Shown here piece by piece: positions 51,299-63,209 of a stretch of DNA of 64,000 nucleotides. The notes below the pieces were generated by a model. The model had not been told where the DNA came from. It searched no databases and was given only the letters and a program-made list of their open reading frames with translations. Source of the stretch: Vicugna vicugna (Eukaryota); NCBI GenBank assembly GCA_013265495.1, contig MU057744.1, positions 870,001-934,000 on the forward strand, in the 5' to 3' direction. Position 1 is the first letter of the stretch. The number at the start of each line of letters is the position of its first letter. Made by a program: the position numbers and the translations under genes.

Positions 51299-51378
51299 TG
51301 CATGAGGCCCTGGGTTCAATTCCCAGTACCTCCACTAAAAATAAACAAACCTAATTATTTCCCCAACCAAAAAAATTT
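51299..51378 (+). mobile_element. 5'-truncated tRNA-derived SINE (Vic-1-like)
   Basis: gcatgaggccctgggttcaattcccagtacctccactaaaaataaacaaacctaatta. Confidence 0.75.
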
Positions 51379-51509
51379 TTAATATATGCTTTTATCCAAT
51401 ACATTAATTGGAGAAAATGATATTTACAAAGTGAGTTCAGAATCCAAAAACTCCATAAAGCATTCCTCAGCTGAATTTAAAAAAATTTAAAAACTCATGA
51501 ACATGCTAC

Positions 51510-52020
51510 AAACAGGGGGTCCCCCAACTTCCTCCCCAAGTTTTATGATTTGCTAGAACGGCTCATACAACTCAGGAAAACACCATCCTCACACTGACTG
51601 GTTTATTGCAAAGGATACAACTCAGAAACAGCCAAATGGAAGGCAGGCACAGGGCAGGATCCTGGGAGGCCCAAGTGCAGAGCTTCCACGCCCCTGAGCT
51701 GCCCCACAGCGAGTCCACGTGTCCACCACCTGGAAGCTCATCAGATCTCACTGTTTTAAGAGTTTCTGCAGAGCTCAGCCTATGGCACCCCTCTCCCAAT
51801 CCCAGAGGTCAGCAGGTGGGGCTGGAAGTTCCACACCTCTAAGCACTTGGCCCTCCTGGACCAGGCTCATCCTGAAGCTATCTAGGGGTTCCCACCTAAG
51901 GCACCTCACGAGCATAAACTCAGGCGTGACTGAAAGGGGCACTCCGATTACTCAGGGAATTCCAAGGGTTGCCAGGAATAGAGGACAAAGACCAAATATA
52001 CTTTGTACTACACCACACTG
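51510..52020. mobile_element. LTR relic (MER21-like)
   Basis: gatttgctagaacggctcatacaactcaggaaaaca...ggtttattgcaaaggatacaactcagaaacagccaaatggaa resembles MER21 as recalled. Confidence 0.55.
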
Positions 52021-52169
52021 GGTGAGAGAGGAAGCCACTGTAGAGTTTTAAGTGGAGGCTAAAAGGACCACAGAGCACAAGGCGAGGAGGAAGCGTTTAT
52101 CTTTTATACCGTATGGTCAGGCAAGAGGACCATTCACGTTAGGCAAGAGGACCATTTAGGTAAGTGGAC

Positions 52170-53300
52170 ACGGCAGATAAGGTGACACTTCAGCAGAAAC
52201 CTAAGAAAGTGAGCGAGCCAACCATGTGAATCCATGAGAAGAGTATGCCAGGCAGAGGAAACTGCTGGCACAAGGGCCTCAGTGCAAAGATACACTTGCT
52301 GTGTTCCAGAACAACACGGAGGTCAGCCGGACTGCTGCATGTGACTAAGGGGCAACGACTGTGGGAAGAGCAGATCCAATGGGGTGAAAATCAGGAATTT
52401 GGTTCCTGATACATCAAGTGTGAGGTATCTCTTAACTATTCAGGTAATTAATAGAGACACTGAAAAAGTAGTTGGACATGTGGATCTAGAGCTGAGAATC
52501 CTAGTCTGGAGATTTTGAGAGTCAGTTATGTAGACGGTATTTCAGCCAAGAGACTAAATGAGATGACCAAGATAGAGAGAGGAAAGAGACAAGATTTGAA
52601 CCCTGAGGTTCAAGTGATCAGCGGTCAGGGGCAGAGGAGGATCAAGCAAAGGATACTAAGAAAGACTGCCCTGCAGGAAGACAGGAAGGGTGTCAGAGCC
52701 GTAGAGTATCCCAGAAGCCACAAAAAAAAGTAGTTTAAAGGAGAGTGATGAGCTGTGGGAGAAATCTGCCCATAGTTTTTAAACCTTAGCTTCACCAAAC
52801 TATTGGCTTTAGCAGCAAGGAAGACATTAGTGACCTTGACAAGAACAGTTTCAGAGGAGTGGTCAGGGCAAAAAGCAGGCTGGAATGGGCTGAATGACCA
52901 GAACAGGGAAGAGAAAGATACTTCTCTTGAGGAGTTTTTCTATACAGGGGAACAAAAAAAAGGAGCAGAGTCAGAAGAGATGAGTGAGTCAAGAGAGGAC
53001 TTTAAAATAGTAGAATTAACAGCACGTTTTATGATGACAGTAACAGTCCATCAGAAAAGGAAAATTGATGATCCAAGAGAGAAAGGGAAGTTTTGCTCGA
53101 GCCCTAACAAGCAGAGGGACTGGCCTTTGCTAAGAGTACAGACAGTTCATACACAGGTATGCAGCCCAAGCCAAAATACATGCGGCAACGACTAGCAGGT
53201 GGACAGACAGGATTACTCTAACTTGGTCAAGTATGAAGCTAAGCGTGAGCATGGAGAAGAGGTGCTAGAGGATTAAGTAGAAAGAAAAGGACATAAAGCG
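52170..53300. mobile_element. L2 fragments
   Basis: Purine-rich L2 pattern (gacattagtgaccttgacaagaacagtttcagaggagtggt). Confidence 0.6.
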
Positions 53301-56300
53301 GTTGTCTAATTCAATAATCATTTTTTCCTGCTGGGTATAATCAGCTATGTAGTCCATGCATTGAGTTGTTAATTTCATTTCTAGAACTCCTATTTCATGA
53401 CGCTTTAATCATTTGGTCACTCTTTAAAAGCTCTTGTTCTATTTCATATTTCTGAGTATCTTTTTATTTAAATACATTAAACATAGTAATTTTAAATTAT
53501 GCCTTATGTTTTCAAAATCTAAAGTCTGGACAGGTCTGTTTCTGTAGTCTACACTTCTAATACCTCATTCACGGTGCCTTGTGGGGTTCGCGATTTTTTT
53601 GTGTGTGTGTGTGACTGTTAGCTTATTCTGCTTGGCACTTTATCTTCAAGAATTCTATAGGGCCTGGGTTGAAAACAAATTCCTACAGCGGGGATGGGTA
53701 TTTGCTTTTACCAGTAAACTAGGAGCGTACCAACCTGAGGCTGCTATAAATTAAATTTTCCCCTCGAAGCTCTTCCCAGCACAGGAGGCATGAATTTGGC
53801 CTGTATAAGGGCTGGCTCGTGGTTACAAATTCTCAAGGCAGTTTTCCTCCCCTTCCCTAGCAAGTTTCTTTACTTTACCCTTACTTGTGGTGGGTTTCAT
53901 TTCTCCTCACACTGAACACGTAGCCCTCTGCAGTTCTGCTTTTACTGTGGGGCCTTTCATTGTCCCCTCTTTGGGCAGACAAAGGCTTTATGTCCTCTCT
54001 CCTCCACTCCACATGGTTGTTAAAGCAGAAGCTCAAGGTCCCCAGGGTCTGGGGGAAATCCTCAGGGTAACGGGACTGAAGCAGCACCGTCTGAGTCTCA
54101 AGGTTCTGGCTCTCCATCTTGAGGGGGCTTTATGCATTCTATGATTTAATGCCATCTCAGAAATGCATTCAGAAAGACTTAAAAAATATATGTCACTGGA
54201 ATTACTTCTCTACAGGAAGTTTGTTAGAGCACTTGTGCGTGGTGTTTTTAGTTCCTAGTGTTTTGCCGTACTACAAAGCACATTTGCATATCATTGATAA
54301 AACAGGGTGTGAGATGTACAAATGCCTATCATTTTATGTGCTTGCAAATGACTTTATGCTTTAAATGTAAAAAGATAATATTCAATATACTCATCTCCTT
54401 AAATGATTTCTTGTCAATAAAAGTATGACCTCTTTCATTCTTTACTGTTTTTTCTTCCAATTTAGTATACGAAAGAGAAGTGAAAAACTGGCTTAGTTCC
54501 ACTTTTTTATTTTCCTGGGTTTCCTTCTGCTTTATTTCTGTACCACACAGAAGCAAGCACACTGAGCTGCACTGTATAGAACAGAAAGAGGCCTACTGGT
54601 CTCCAGTTAAATCTTGCTCACTTACGAAACAAGTGTGAAACTAATCATGTAACTCTCTGAAAGTCAGTTGCCTCAAAAGCCCCACAGATGCGTCAAATAA
54701 AATGATAATTTATATCTAAACGTTACAAATTACAGTAAGATCTAAAATGTGATCAAACACTATGATTAGAAAGTACCACTGGAAACAAAAACCGAATGTA
54801 TTCATTTTTGAGGACAGTTTGGCACAATGCTACTTTGAATATGCCAAATCTTTAACTGCTGAACTATATATATGTTCATTTGGACATAAATTTAAGTTAC
54901 ACATATTCATTTGGATATAATAAAATTTAAAGTACAAAGGCAATTATAAGACATTAGTATACATAATTAGTGATAAGAGCCTAAAGTGAAGCTTCTATAC
55001 TGGTGATATAGTATACAATTGATACTTGCTACATAATTAAAAAATGAGGAAAAAAGGAGAAAACTCTCATTTTAGAAAAACATCTAAATGTAAATTCTAC
55101 TCAAAAAGAAACAGCCCATTAATAACTAGAAAGTAATTTTGCCAAAGACAATTTGGAAAATATACTTTTCATAAGTCTGGTAGATATGCCCAGATTGCCA
55201 CTGTTCCTGTGTTTTCAAGTGGGGTTAAAGACAGTTAAAGGGATAACTGCGTTTGTTACTTGCAAGGCTGTTTTACAATGCTGATACTCCTGGACCAGAT
55301 CCACTGTATCAGAACATCCGGTAATGGGGCCAAAGAATCTGCATTTTTAACACGCTCCCAAAAAACCAAAACCAAAAGTTTCTCCCTTTTATCGAATCAT
55401 TCACTTAAAAAACATTTTAACAGGGACAGAAATTTAAGATTCAGGCATCCTGAGATTCGATTCAGAACACCATAACTCTCTGAAAAAAGTGTCTGAGTAA
55501 AGTTAGAAAAACGTGTTTACGTGATTACACTCAGGGTTACCTTCAGTTTTTCTTAACAATCAGCATTAATTGCTTCAAACGACATCTGCCCTCATTATCG
55601 GGCCACCTGGGACATCTTTTTACGTTTTTTTCGCTCTTAGCAGTTTTGCCACTTTGCAGCAGGTGCAGACAAGACAGCACCTGGCCGCGGTCTACTCTAC
55701 TGAGTAAAAAAGGAAGCAAACACCTCTCTTCAGGCAAAAGGCTCTGGTCCGCTTCCCCCGCGATTTCCAGCATCTTGAGAAACTTGTTAAGATAACGTCT
55801 CACAAAGACACGCTCGAACTCTGATTTATCAGCCGTCGCCTCACTGCTGCTGGACTCGCGAGGCCAGACACAGAACCCTCGGGTCGTAACCGGACTCACC
55901 TGGCGATGCCGCCGAGCAGAGTCCCAGCTGGGCGAAAACACAGCGCTCCCGGGCCAGGGACGGGGGGAAAGCCGAGGGACTCTCGGTCCGCAAGTCCGGG
56001 AAGTTAAGTGCCGCCTTCGCGGGCCGGGCGTCCCGCCCTCCCCTCCCGCCTCGCGGGGTGGGCGCCGCCGTCCGCGCGCGTGCTCTCCCCACGACAGCCG
56101 CAGACGTCCTCCTGCCGTCCCACCCCCGCCCCGGTCTCTGCCGCCCAAACAGCCGAGGACACAGACGACGACACCTCGGCGGCCGCCCCCGGCCTCCCCC
56201 GTCACGCCGGGAGCCGCGCGCGCCGCCATCCGCGCCCCCGGCAGGCGCTCCGCGGGCTTGGCCGTCAGGTGTCCGGCCCCCGGCCTCCCCGCCGCCACAA

Positions 56301-56379
56301 GCCCCTCGCGGCGACCCCCACGCCCGCCCCAGCGCGGCCCGCTCGGCCGGCGCCCCGCCGCGCCAGCGCTCGGGCTCAC

Positions 56380-56481
56380 CTGGGCCTCGACGACGCTCGG
56401 GAGGAAGCTCAGGGTGACCAGCAGCTGCACTGCGGCCGCCGCCCCCTGCCCCGCGCCGGCCCGCCGGGCCCCCCGGCTCAT
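56380..56481 (-). CDS. ERO1B: ERO1B exon 1 coding part ([34 protein letters not shown]), signal peptide
   Basis: gtcAGCATGA start context (A at -3); CAG|GTGAGC donor; hydrophobic core and VEA-Q cleavage-like site. Confidence 0.97.
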
Positions 56482-56711
56482 GCTGACCCCCCACACCGCG
56501 GCCGGCCGGGGAGCGGCGGGCGGCCCGGGCGACGACCCGAGGGGACGCCTCCCGGAGGCTGAGAGACTCCGGGTCAGGGGCCGCTCTCCGTCCGGAGATG
56601 GGGACGCTCTCCCGGCAGCGGTGAGCGACGCTGGAGAGCCGCGCGCCCCCGCCTCATCCCGCGGGCGGCCCCGCCCCCGGCTTCCCAGCGCCCGGCCACG
56701 CCCCCAGAGCG

Positions 56712-56736
56712 CGGGGCCTTGTGGGAGTTGTAGTCC
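56712..56736 (-). promoter_or_regulatory. ZNF143(Staf)/THAP11-type motif GGACTACAACTCCCACAAGGC
   Basis: Matches the ACTACAnnTCCCA promoter motif. Confidence 0.75.
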
Positions 56737-56839
56737 GCGCGGCGGGGGCGCCTCGGGCCGGAAGGCGGGGCGGGGAGGGGGCCGGGCACAACACCCGGGG
56801 GTGCTGCTCCTCCTCCCCGGGCCTCGGGCTCCGCGGCGG

Positions 56840-56858
56840 CCAATGACGCGGGACCACG
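56840..56858 (+). promoter_or_regulatory. ER stress response element ERSE (CCAAT-N9-CCACG)
   Basis: CCAAT gacgcggga CCACG, exact consensus with exact 9-nt spacing, ~360 bp upstream of the ERO1B ATG. Confidence 0.85.
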
Positions 56859-57314
56859 CTGGCCTCCAAAACAAGGGGAGTGGTGGGGGCTCCTCCTCTT
56901 CCCCTCTTCCCACCCGCAGTTGCTCCTGGAAACGGGGCGGGGCCTCCTGTGTCGTGTCCCTGCACGCCGCGCGGCCGCAGCCTCCGGGATGCGTCCGGTA
57001 CCCACGCGGGCGAGCAACCAACGGCGAAGGCCTTCGGCTTCCCAGCTCAGGCGCTTTTTTTGTGTCGCTCACTCTTTTGGAGCCTCACTCACATCCGCTG
57101 TGGGTGCCTGCGGAAGCCCCTGCCCCTGTGGACGTGGCTCCGGCGCCCTTTTCGTCTTCCATGCCCCAGTCGTGGGTGTCATGCTCGCCCCGTCCTGCCT
57201 CCACTCCTGTGGACACGCACAAACACCGTGCACGTTAAAGAATCGGAGTAAACCCGCGTGTATAATATAATAAGGGATGGAGATGAACCCACAGAAAAAT
57301 GGCGAGTGATCATG

Positions 57315-57530
57315 GACTGGGTTCAACTCCCACCTCTAAAACATTGTAGTATGTTATGTGGCTTTGCACAAGTTACTTCACCTCTCTGAGCCTCAGTTTG
57401 CCCGTCTGTAAAGTAAATACAGTAATACCCACCTCAAGCATTGTTCTAGGTTTACATAATATTATATCCATAAAGGGCCTCTTCATATGATGCCTGGCAC
57501 ACAACAAGTGTTCACCAAATGATAGGTTCT
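57315..57530 (+). mobile_element. MIR SINE
   Basis: caagttacttcacctctctgagcctcagtttgcccgtctgtaaa core. Confidence 0.8.
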
Positions 57531-57597
57531 GTTAGTTTTATTAATATCCTTGATTTCTAGTGAACGCGTATATACATCACCTTACATTTATGTAGTG

Positions 57598-58056
57598 GGT
57601 ATTAGCTTCCCATCGCCTCTGTAACAGATTACCACAGGCTCAAGACGAATGTATTATCTTACAGTTCTGGGAGTCAGAAGTCCAAATTGGACGAGCAGGG
57701 CTGCATTCTTTCTAGAGGCTGTCTTTAGGGGACAGTATGTTTCCTTGCCTTTTCCAGCTTCTAGAGGCCACCTGCATTCTTTAGCTCATGACCTGGCATC
57801 ACATTGTCCCATTTCACTCCCTGTCTTCTATTGTCACATGCCTCCTCTTACCAACCCTAACTCCACTGCCTCCCTCTTGTAAAGACCCTTGTGATTACAT
57901 TGGGCCTGCCGGGTAATCGAGAATAATCTCCCCAACTCAAAGCCCTTAATTTAATCACATCTGCAAAGTCCTTTTTGCCATATAGGGTAACATACTTACA
58001 GGTTCTGGGGACAAGGGCATGGGCATCTTTGTAGGGGCATTAGTCAGCCTACACAT
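57598..58056. mobile_element. MaLR solo LTR (MLT1-type)
   Basis: gtattagcttccc...ttatcttacagttctgg...cccttgtgattacattgggcc...ttaatcacatctgcaaagtccttttt...cagcctacaca. Confidence 0.85.
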
Positions 58057-58084
58057 AATGCTTTATACCTTTTGAAGCACTTTC

Positions 58085-58228
58085 ATAACTGGCTGGGCCA
58101 AGTACAAAATGAAAATGCCGAGTCCTGGATCAAAAAATATGAAGAATTTCAGGACAGTGACAGCAGAGCGTTAAACCAAGTGCAGGGCCCTTCTAAGCAC
58201 AGGTCGCATGCCCAGAAGCCAGCCTTGT
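58085..58228. mobile_element. MER45-like hAT relic
   Basis: caaaatgaaaatg...gtgacagcagagcgttaaaccaagtgcagggcccttctaagcac. Confidence 0.5.
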
Positions 58229-58324
58229 CTGGCCTTTTTCTCTTCAGCAACACTTTCTCTTCTGCCTCCAAACATATTTAGCTCTTCCCTAGCTTGAAAA
58301 CAAAAAGATAGTTGTAATGAGCTG

Positions 58325-58445
58325 TCATGGAAAAGAATCTGAAAAAAATATATATATATTTATAACTGAATCACTTTGCTGTATGCCTGAAATTAACATT
58401 GCAAATCAACTACACTTCAATAAAAAATAAGAATTAAAAATAAAC
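58325..58445 (+). mobile_element. L1 extreme 3' tail
   Basis: ggaaaagaatctgaaaaaaatatatat...ataactgaatcactttgctgtatgcctgaaattaacattgcaaatcaactacacttcaataaaaaa. Confidence 0.8.
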
Positions 58446-61400
58446 AGTTTTTTAAAAGCTTTGAACAACAATTAAAAAAACGAAAAAGAGTTTTTACCTG
58501 ATTCTTCCAACTATTTTTCCATTTCTCCTCTTCTTTTCTTTGCCAAACCTCCCTCTTCTATCTTCCCATTTCCCCCATATAACTGTACTCTGTTGCCATC
58601 AGCCTGCTAAAGCTTTTCTCTAGTGAAATCCAATGGACTTTTCTTAAGATTCCTTGTCTCGGTACTGCATTCGATGTCATTGGTAACACCTACTTCCTGG
58701 GATGATGTTATAAACAATGTTGGGAATTTTGTTGTTCTTGTTAAAAAGAGTGGATTATAAATTTTCTTGTAAAATCTCAGGTCGTTTGATGGACCTTTAC
58801 TCTCAGGTCCTCTCGGGCTTGTGATATCAAGGGCAGGATCCACAGCCTGTAGTTCAGGCTCTTCTGGATTTGTCGTTGAAGAACAATTTGAATGGTCAGT
58901 TGATGAAAAGGGGAAAGCAGGGAGAGAACTCCAATGCAGGGGTTGGATAGGTTTTGTCCTCCCGGTTCCCTAAGCCAGAAAGTAACAGTAACAGTGATAC
59001 CCACTCCTCGTTTCCAGCTCAGAAGCCTGACCCAACCTTTAGGGGTGAATAGGATTTTTCCTTGGTGAGTGAAATTGGAAATCGCAGTGTTTGTCATGAG
59101 GTACGGACTACCCAGACTCACTCACAGCAATGTCTGTCGCAATCTGTGTTAGTGTTCATTGTTACCAGTGTTACGAGGGGTTTGTGAACAGACTGCCCTC
59201 TGCTTGGTTCTCTCACCCTGTCCCTACTTTTGACCTTCACATTCCCCATCAGCTGCACAGAAGCCAGTACTCTGAGAGGTGTGGTGGTGTCACTCTGCTT
59301 TCTGCAGGGTTCCATGGGCACGTGCAGGTTGAACCTCTCCATCCCTAATACTATGCTTGGAAATTGTCACAGAAGAAGTAAAGTGCATGCCCTAATTCCC
59401 TTTGGTTACCAGCCACAAAAATCAGCTCTAGCTAAATTTTTTTTAAAAAATCATAGCAAATTTTTAAAATGTGGAATAGCTTATAGTACCAAGGCAGAGT
59501 TCACCACTCACACCTCTGGAAAGGCAAGAATCAGGACAGCATTCAGGGGCTCCCAGGAGAGTCTTATCTGGAACACTGCCATTGGATTACTCAATTCCAA
59601 TTGCTTTTAGTCCTTATCCCTACGATCAAAATTCAAATTTCTTCTAGAGTCTGGCTTGGGCGAAGGGAGCAAGCTCTTTGATTGACAACCCCACAAGACT
59701 ACACGAAATGCGCAAGAAGTAATTGCACAAATGAACAGTGAGTGCTACTACCTTCAGTCATTGATAGAAGGGAAAGGGATGCTGGTGAGAAAAAAGTGAC
59801 AGATGTTCCGTTCTGGACGTCATGGTTTTATTCAGCTACTCCATTTGCACCTTAACTTTGTTTTTTTTTAACCTCAGCATGTATTCACAAATTCCCTAAA
59901 TCATCACAGATGGCCTGAGTGCAGAACACCAAAAAACACACATTATGTCCCTTTGTTTCCCCTGCTTTCCACTCCATTATCTCCCTTCCTCTCTGAGAGG
60001 ATGGGCTAATTCTCTCATCCCCGTAGCCTGGAGTGAGTCATCCAGGGGCTACGGCGGTTCCCATCCACCACACTCACTTGGCACCAGCAATCTGCTGCTC
60101 TGTTTCAGGAGTTTGCCTTTCCCGTGCGTATGTGATTGCAGACGTGCAAGTGCCAAGTTCTGGAGGATGCCATCTCCTGACACTATCCTCTCTTTAGTGG
60201 CCATCTCAGTTCCCGTGAACAGCAGCTGAGATATATTTGTTGATTAACTGGTTAATGTTACTTAGGATCTTCACTGATCTTAGAAGGCATCTATCTCAGG
60301 ACCGATCCTGAGTGTGGTGTCCCTAAACATCTCCCGTGGACAGCTGGGCAGGGGCTTCGCTGGACCAGAGCATTGCTGGGAGAGGCAATACAATGGAACT
60401 TTCAGCCTTTCATTAAGGCAACAGATTACAGTTCCTTAAACAGAGGTGTATTGAGGGACCATAAAAAAAAAACTGAGGGAGTTACAGACCTGTCATAGGA
60501 CCAGTTGAGACTAATTACTGGAAATCTATGACTTCAAGAGTTTTGTTTTTTTCTCAATCACTGGTTGAAATGTCTACAGCTAATGGTTGTGGAAGCAAAG
60601 GCTTGAGAATTGTCTTGAGTAGATTACTAGAATGCTTAACAGACCTTGTGAATTAATGAAATTGCACTAAGTATTTACATTTCCAAGATATCATCAAATG
60701 GTGTTTCTTTGATTTTTTTTTTTTTTTTGGCTTGGTTAACTTGTGACTTCTAATGAAGGAGGAAATCATTGATGGATGGTTCTAAGTAAAAGTCAAGGTA
60801 ATGGGGTGGAAATTTAATAACACCAGTAATTTTCACTCCTGATAGCGAGCTGAAAAGTGATTAATGAGCCTGCTACATAATGGTAATCTGTTGTGTTTAA
60901 ACAACTGTATTTGTAGACAGTCCCACTGTGTTAACAGCTGGCCACAGCAATTTTTTTAAAAGTGGATTTCCACCTGTACCTTAGCTACAAAGGGAATTTT
61001 TGCTTCATGATAAGATTTCTCAATTTTACTGAGGGAATTTCTTGCCCTTTTCTTTCGACAAGTAATGGGGATTAAAAATAATCCAAACCAAAGAACTTGG
61101 CTGGCCTGCGGCTTGTTATTGGTTACCTACCGAAAGCATTCACTGTTTTTCTTTCATATGTACTCAGCTGCGACACTCTCAAGCATTTTCACTTAACAGC
61201 AATGAAGGCTGATAAACTTAGAGTTATTTCCATTTCTAAAGGAGTTTACATGGTGATATATGCAGTTTGGATAAAACTTTCTTCTTTATAACAAACATGG
61301 TATTACGCTAGAAGTTGATATATAACGTAATCAGGGAAACACCTATTAAAGGTAAATAATTGGGAAAACTAGAATCATAATTCTGTCAATGTCATGCTCC

Positions 61401-62077
61401 AAGCAGATTTCTGTAGCGCAAAAGGCTTCACATAACCACGCAGTTCTTTGTCACAACCTGCACGCTGGGACCATCTGACTTCTGTCCCCTGTCCTACTCT
61501 GGTCCATCCACAAAGGGTCCAGTGCACATGGCAGTGAGGGCTAACTCCAGGAAGGTTTGCACAACATAGAAACCAACATCCCTGGAAGTGGAGAGGGACA
61601 AGGTCACAGTGATGGTGACTGCAGACAGCGAAAGGCAGAGAAGGTCACAGGTGGTCATAAATCCCTACTGGGAGTGTTTCTGGGTCAGCACTGACTGGGT
61701 TCCTCCCTCCTGTCAATTTGTAACCCCAGTCATTGGGAACCTCGGGAAGTTTAGCATCCCCAATGCAGCTGTTTTCTCCTGAGTCCGATCAAGTACATTT
61801 ATATTGAGTGCAGGCAGCTGCTTCATCTTTGCTCGGTGCGGCTGCTCCTCATGCAGGGGTCACACTCCCACCCCCTCCCCACCGCTGCCCTGCTGTCCCC
61901 TTCCCCAGCCCCTTCCCCCAGCAGAGCCTCAGTTGGACAGGAGTCCGACCTCCTCCTGTGCCTCCTGTTCTCTTGCCTGCCAACATCTTGACTCAGATTT
62001 GGATTCCATTTGGCCTTAACAGAATCACGTGCTTGCTGGTTTCCATTTAGCATTATTTCCTTTATTCTACTTAGGGA

Positions 62078-62412
62078 CTTTTTTTGTTTTTGTTTTTTGT
62101 TGTTGTTGTTTCTGAATGAGGTATAGTTGATTTACAATGTTATATTAGTTTCAGGTGTACAACACAGTGATTCAAATTTTTTATGGATTATACTTCATTT
62201 AAGGTATTATAAAATATGGCTGTATTCCCTCTGCTGTATAATATATCCTTGTAGCTTGTTTTTTTTTTTTCTTTTGGCAGGAGAGGTAATTAGGTTTATT
62301 TATTTATTTAATGGAGGTACTGGGGATCGAACCCAGGACCTTGTGCAGTCTAAGCACACGCTCTACCACTGAGCTCTACCCACCCCCACCTCCTTGTAGC
62401 TTATTTATTTTT
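62078..62412 (-). mobile_element. L1 3' tail interrupted by a full SINE
   Basis: gaggtatagttgatttacaatgttatattagtttcaggtgtacaaca is an L1 3' end in antisense. Confidence 0.8.
62258..62390 (-). mobile_element. Full-length tRNA-derived SINE (camelid Vic-1-like)
   Basis: Intact A box (agctcagtggtagagc) and B box (gggttcgatcccc) on -; perfect 12-bp TSD TCCTTGTAGCTT at 62246-62257 and 62391-62402. Confidence 0.9.
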
Positions 62413-63209
62413 AATGATCTCTCACAGATACACGTTCTTCAAGGAACTTCCTTGTGAGCAGGATGACCATCTTGCATTTAGAATGTTACAGAGAAACCCT
62501 GTACTTGTTCCTGAAAAGAATACGGGCATAACACACACTCTGCAAGGCACTGTACGTGCCCTGACCCCACACCTCTTAGGACTGGACTCCCAGTGGAGGT
62601 CTTACTGCTTGTGACCACTGTCCACAGTCACCCACAGACACAGGATGAGACCCCTCACCGAACTGCATCCCAGGGACTCTTCCAGGCCCCCAAGAATGGA
62701 ACGGGTTATTCACGCCTCCCCTTTCTTCCACGATTCCAGAGATTCACTTTCCAGTCTGCTGTACGATAAAATCGACTAGCTATTTCTTGGAAAATACTAC
62801 CTATTTTCACCAGTTTGCAGTTGCCACCGGGTTATAAAACAATCAGAAAACGCAGAGAAAATATCCAGGTATTTCAGAGATTACTTTACAATTGCTTGAG
62901 AGAATCTTTCCCCCAGTTTTCAGGTTCTGCTCTTAAAAAATGTCTTAAAATCGGATACGTCTAGTGTGTGGGGCTCTTTCCAGACATCTCTGGATGTACC
63001 ACACAACTAACGTAGAGTGAGTTTTCACCCTACAAGATAATTTACCAAAGAAATCCCTGATCAAATGCCTTCACTGTAGCTTTGTAATCACTCTGTGTAA
63101 AAATTGATCAAAAATGGCTCTAAGTTTTCTAATTAAAAAAAGAACATTTTGCAAATGAGTCCTCGTTCTCGTTCAGAGACTTGTGGGCATACCTGAAAGC
63201 TTTGTGAAA

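Larger units (their letters stand above)
14612..56481 (-). other. ERO1B: ERO1B gene span, start to stop: 16 coding exons, 1404-nt CDS, 467 aa FAD-dependent ER sulfhydryl oxidase
   Basis: Exon lengths 102,120,84,42,83,74,121,47,12,27,93,247,70,87,134,61 sum to 1404 with consistent phases; signal peptide, C90/C95/C100/C130 and the C390-C393-C396 CxxCxxC motif are present. Confidence 0.98.
55780..57250. promoter_or_regulatory. ERO1B: CpG island covering the ERO1B promoter, exon 1 and the start of intron 1
   Basis: Very high GC and CpG density over ~1.4 kb around the start codon; GC boxes at ~56669-56677 and ~56767-56774. Confidence 0.95.

Noticed and set aside
14673..56379. Possible U12-type introns in ERO1B
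   Set aside because: All 15 donors were read; none has the RTATCCTT U12 consensus, and all are GT-AG.
55543..57072. 509-aa minus-strand ORF containing ERO1B exon 1 in frame
   Set aside because: It starts at GTG, is Arg/Gly/Pro/Ala-rich and runs through the exon 1 donor and the promoter motifs; stop codons are simply rare in a CpG island. Only 56380-56481 is real CDS.
56008..57270. Overlapping 100-326 aa ORFs on both strands of the CpG island
   Set aside because: Low-complexity translations of GC-rich DNA with no recognisable domain.
62300..62390. tRNA-like sequence with A and B boxes
   Set aside because: It has a SINE-specific body, tail and TSD and belongs to a dispersed family in this window, so it is a SINE rather than a tRNA gene.
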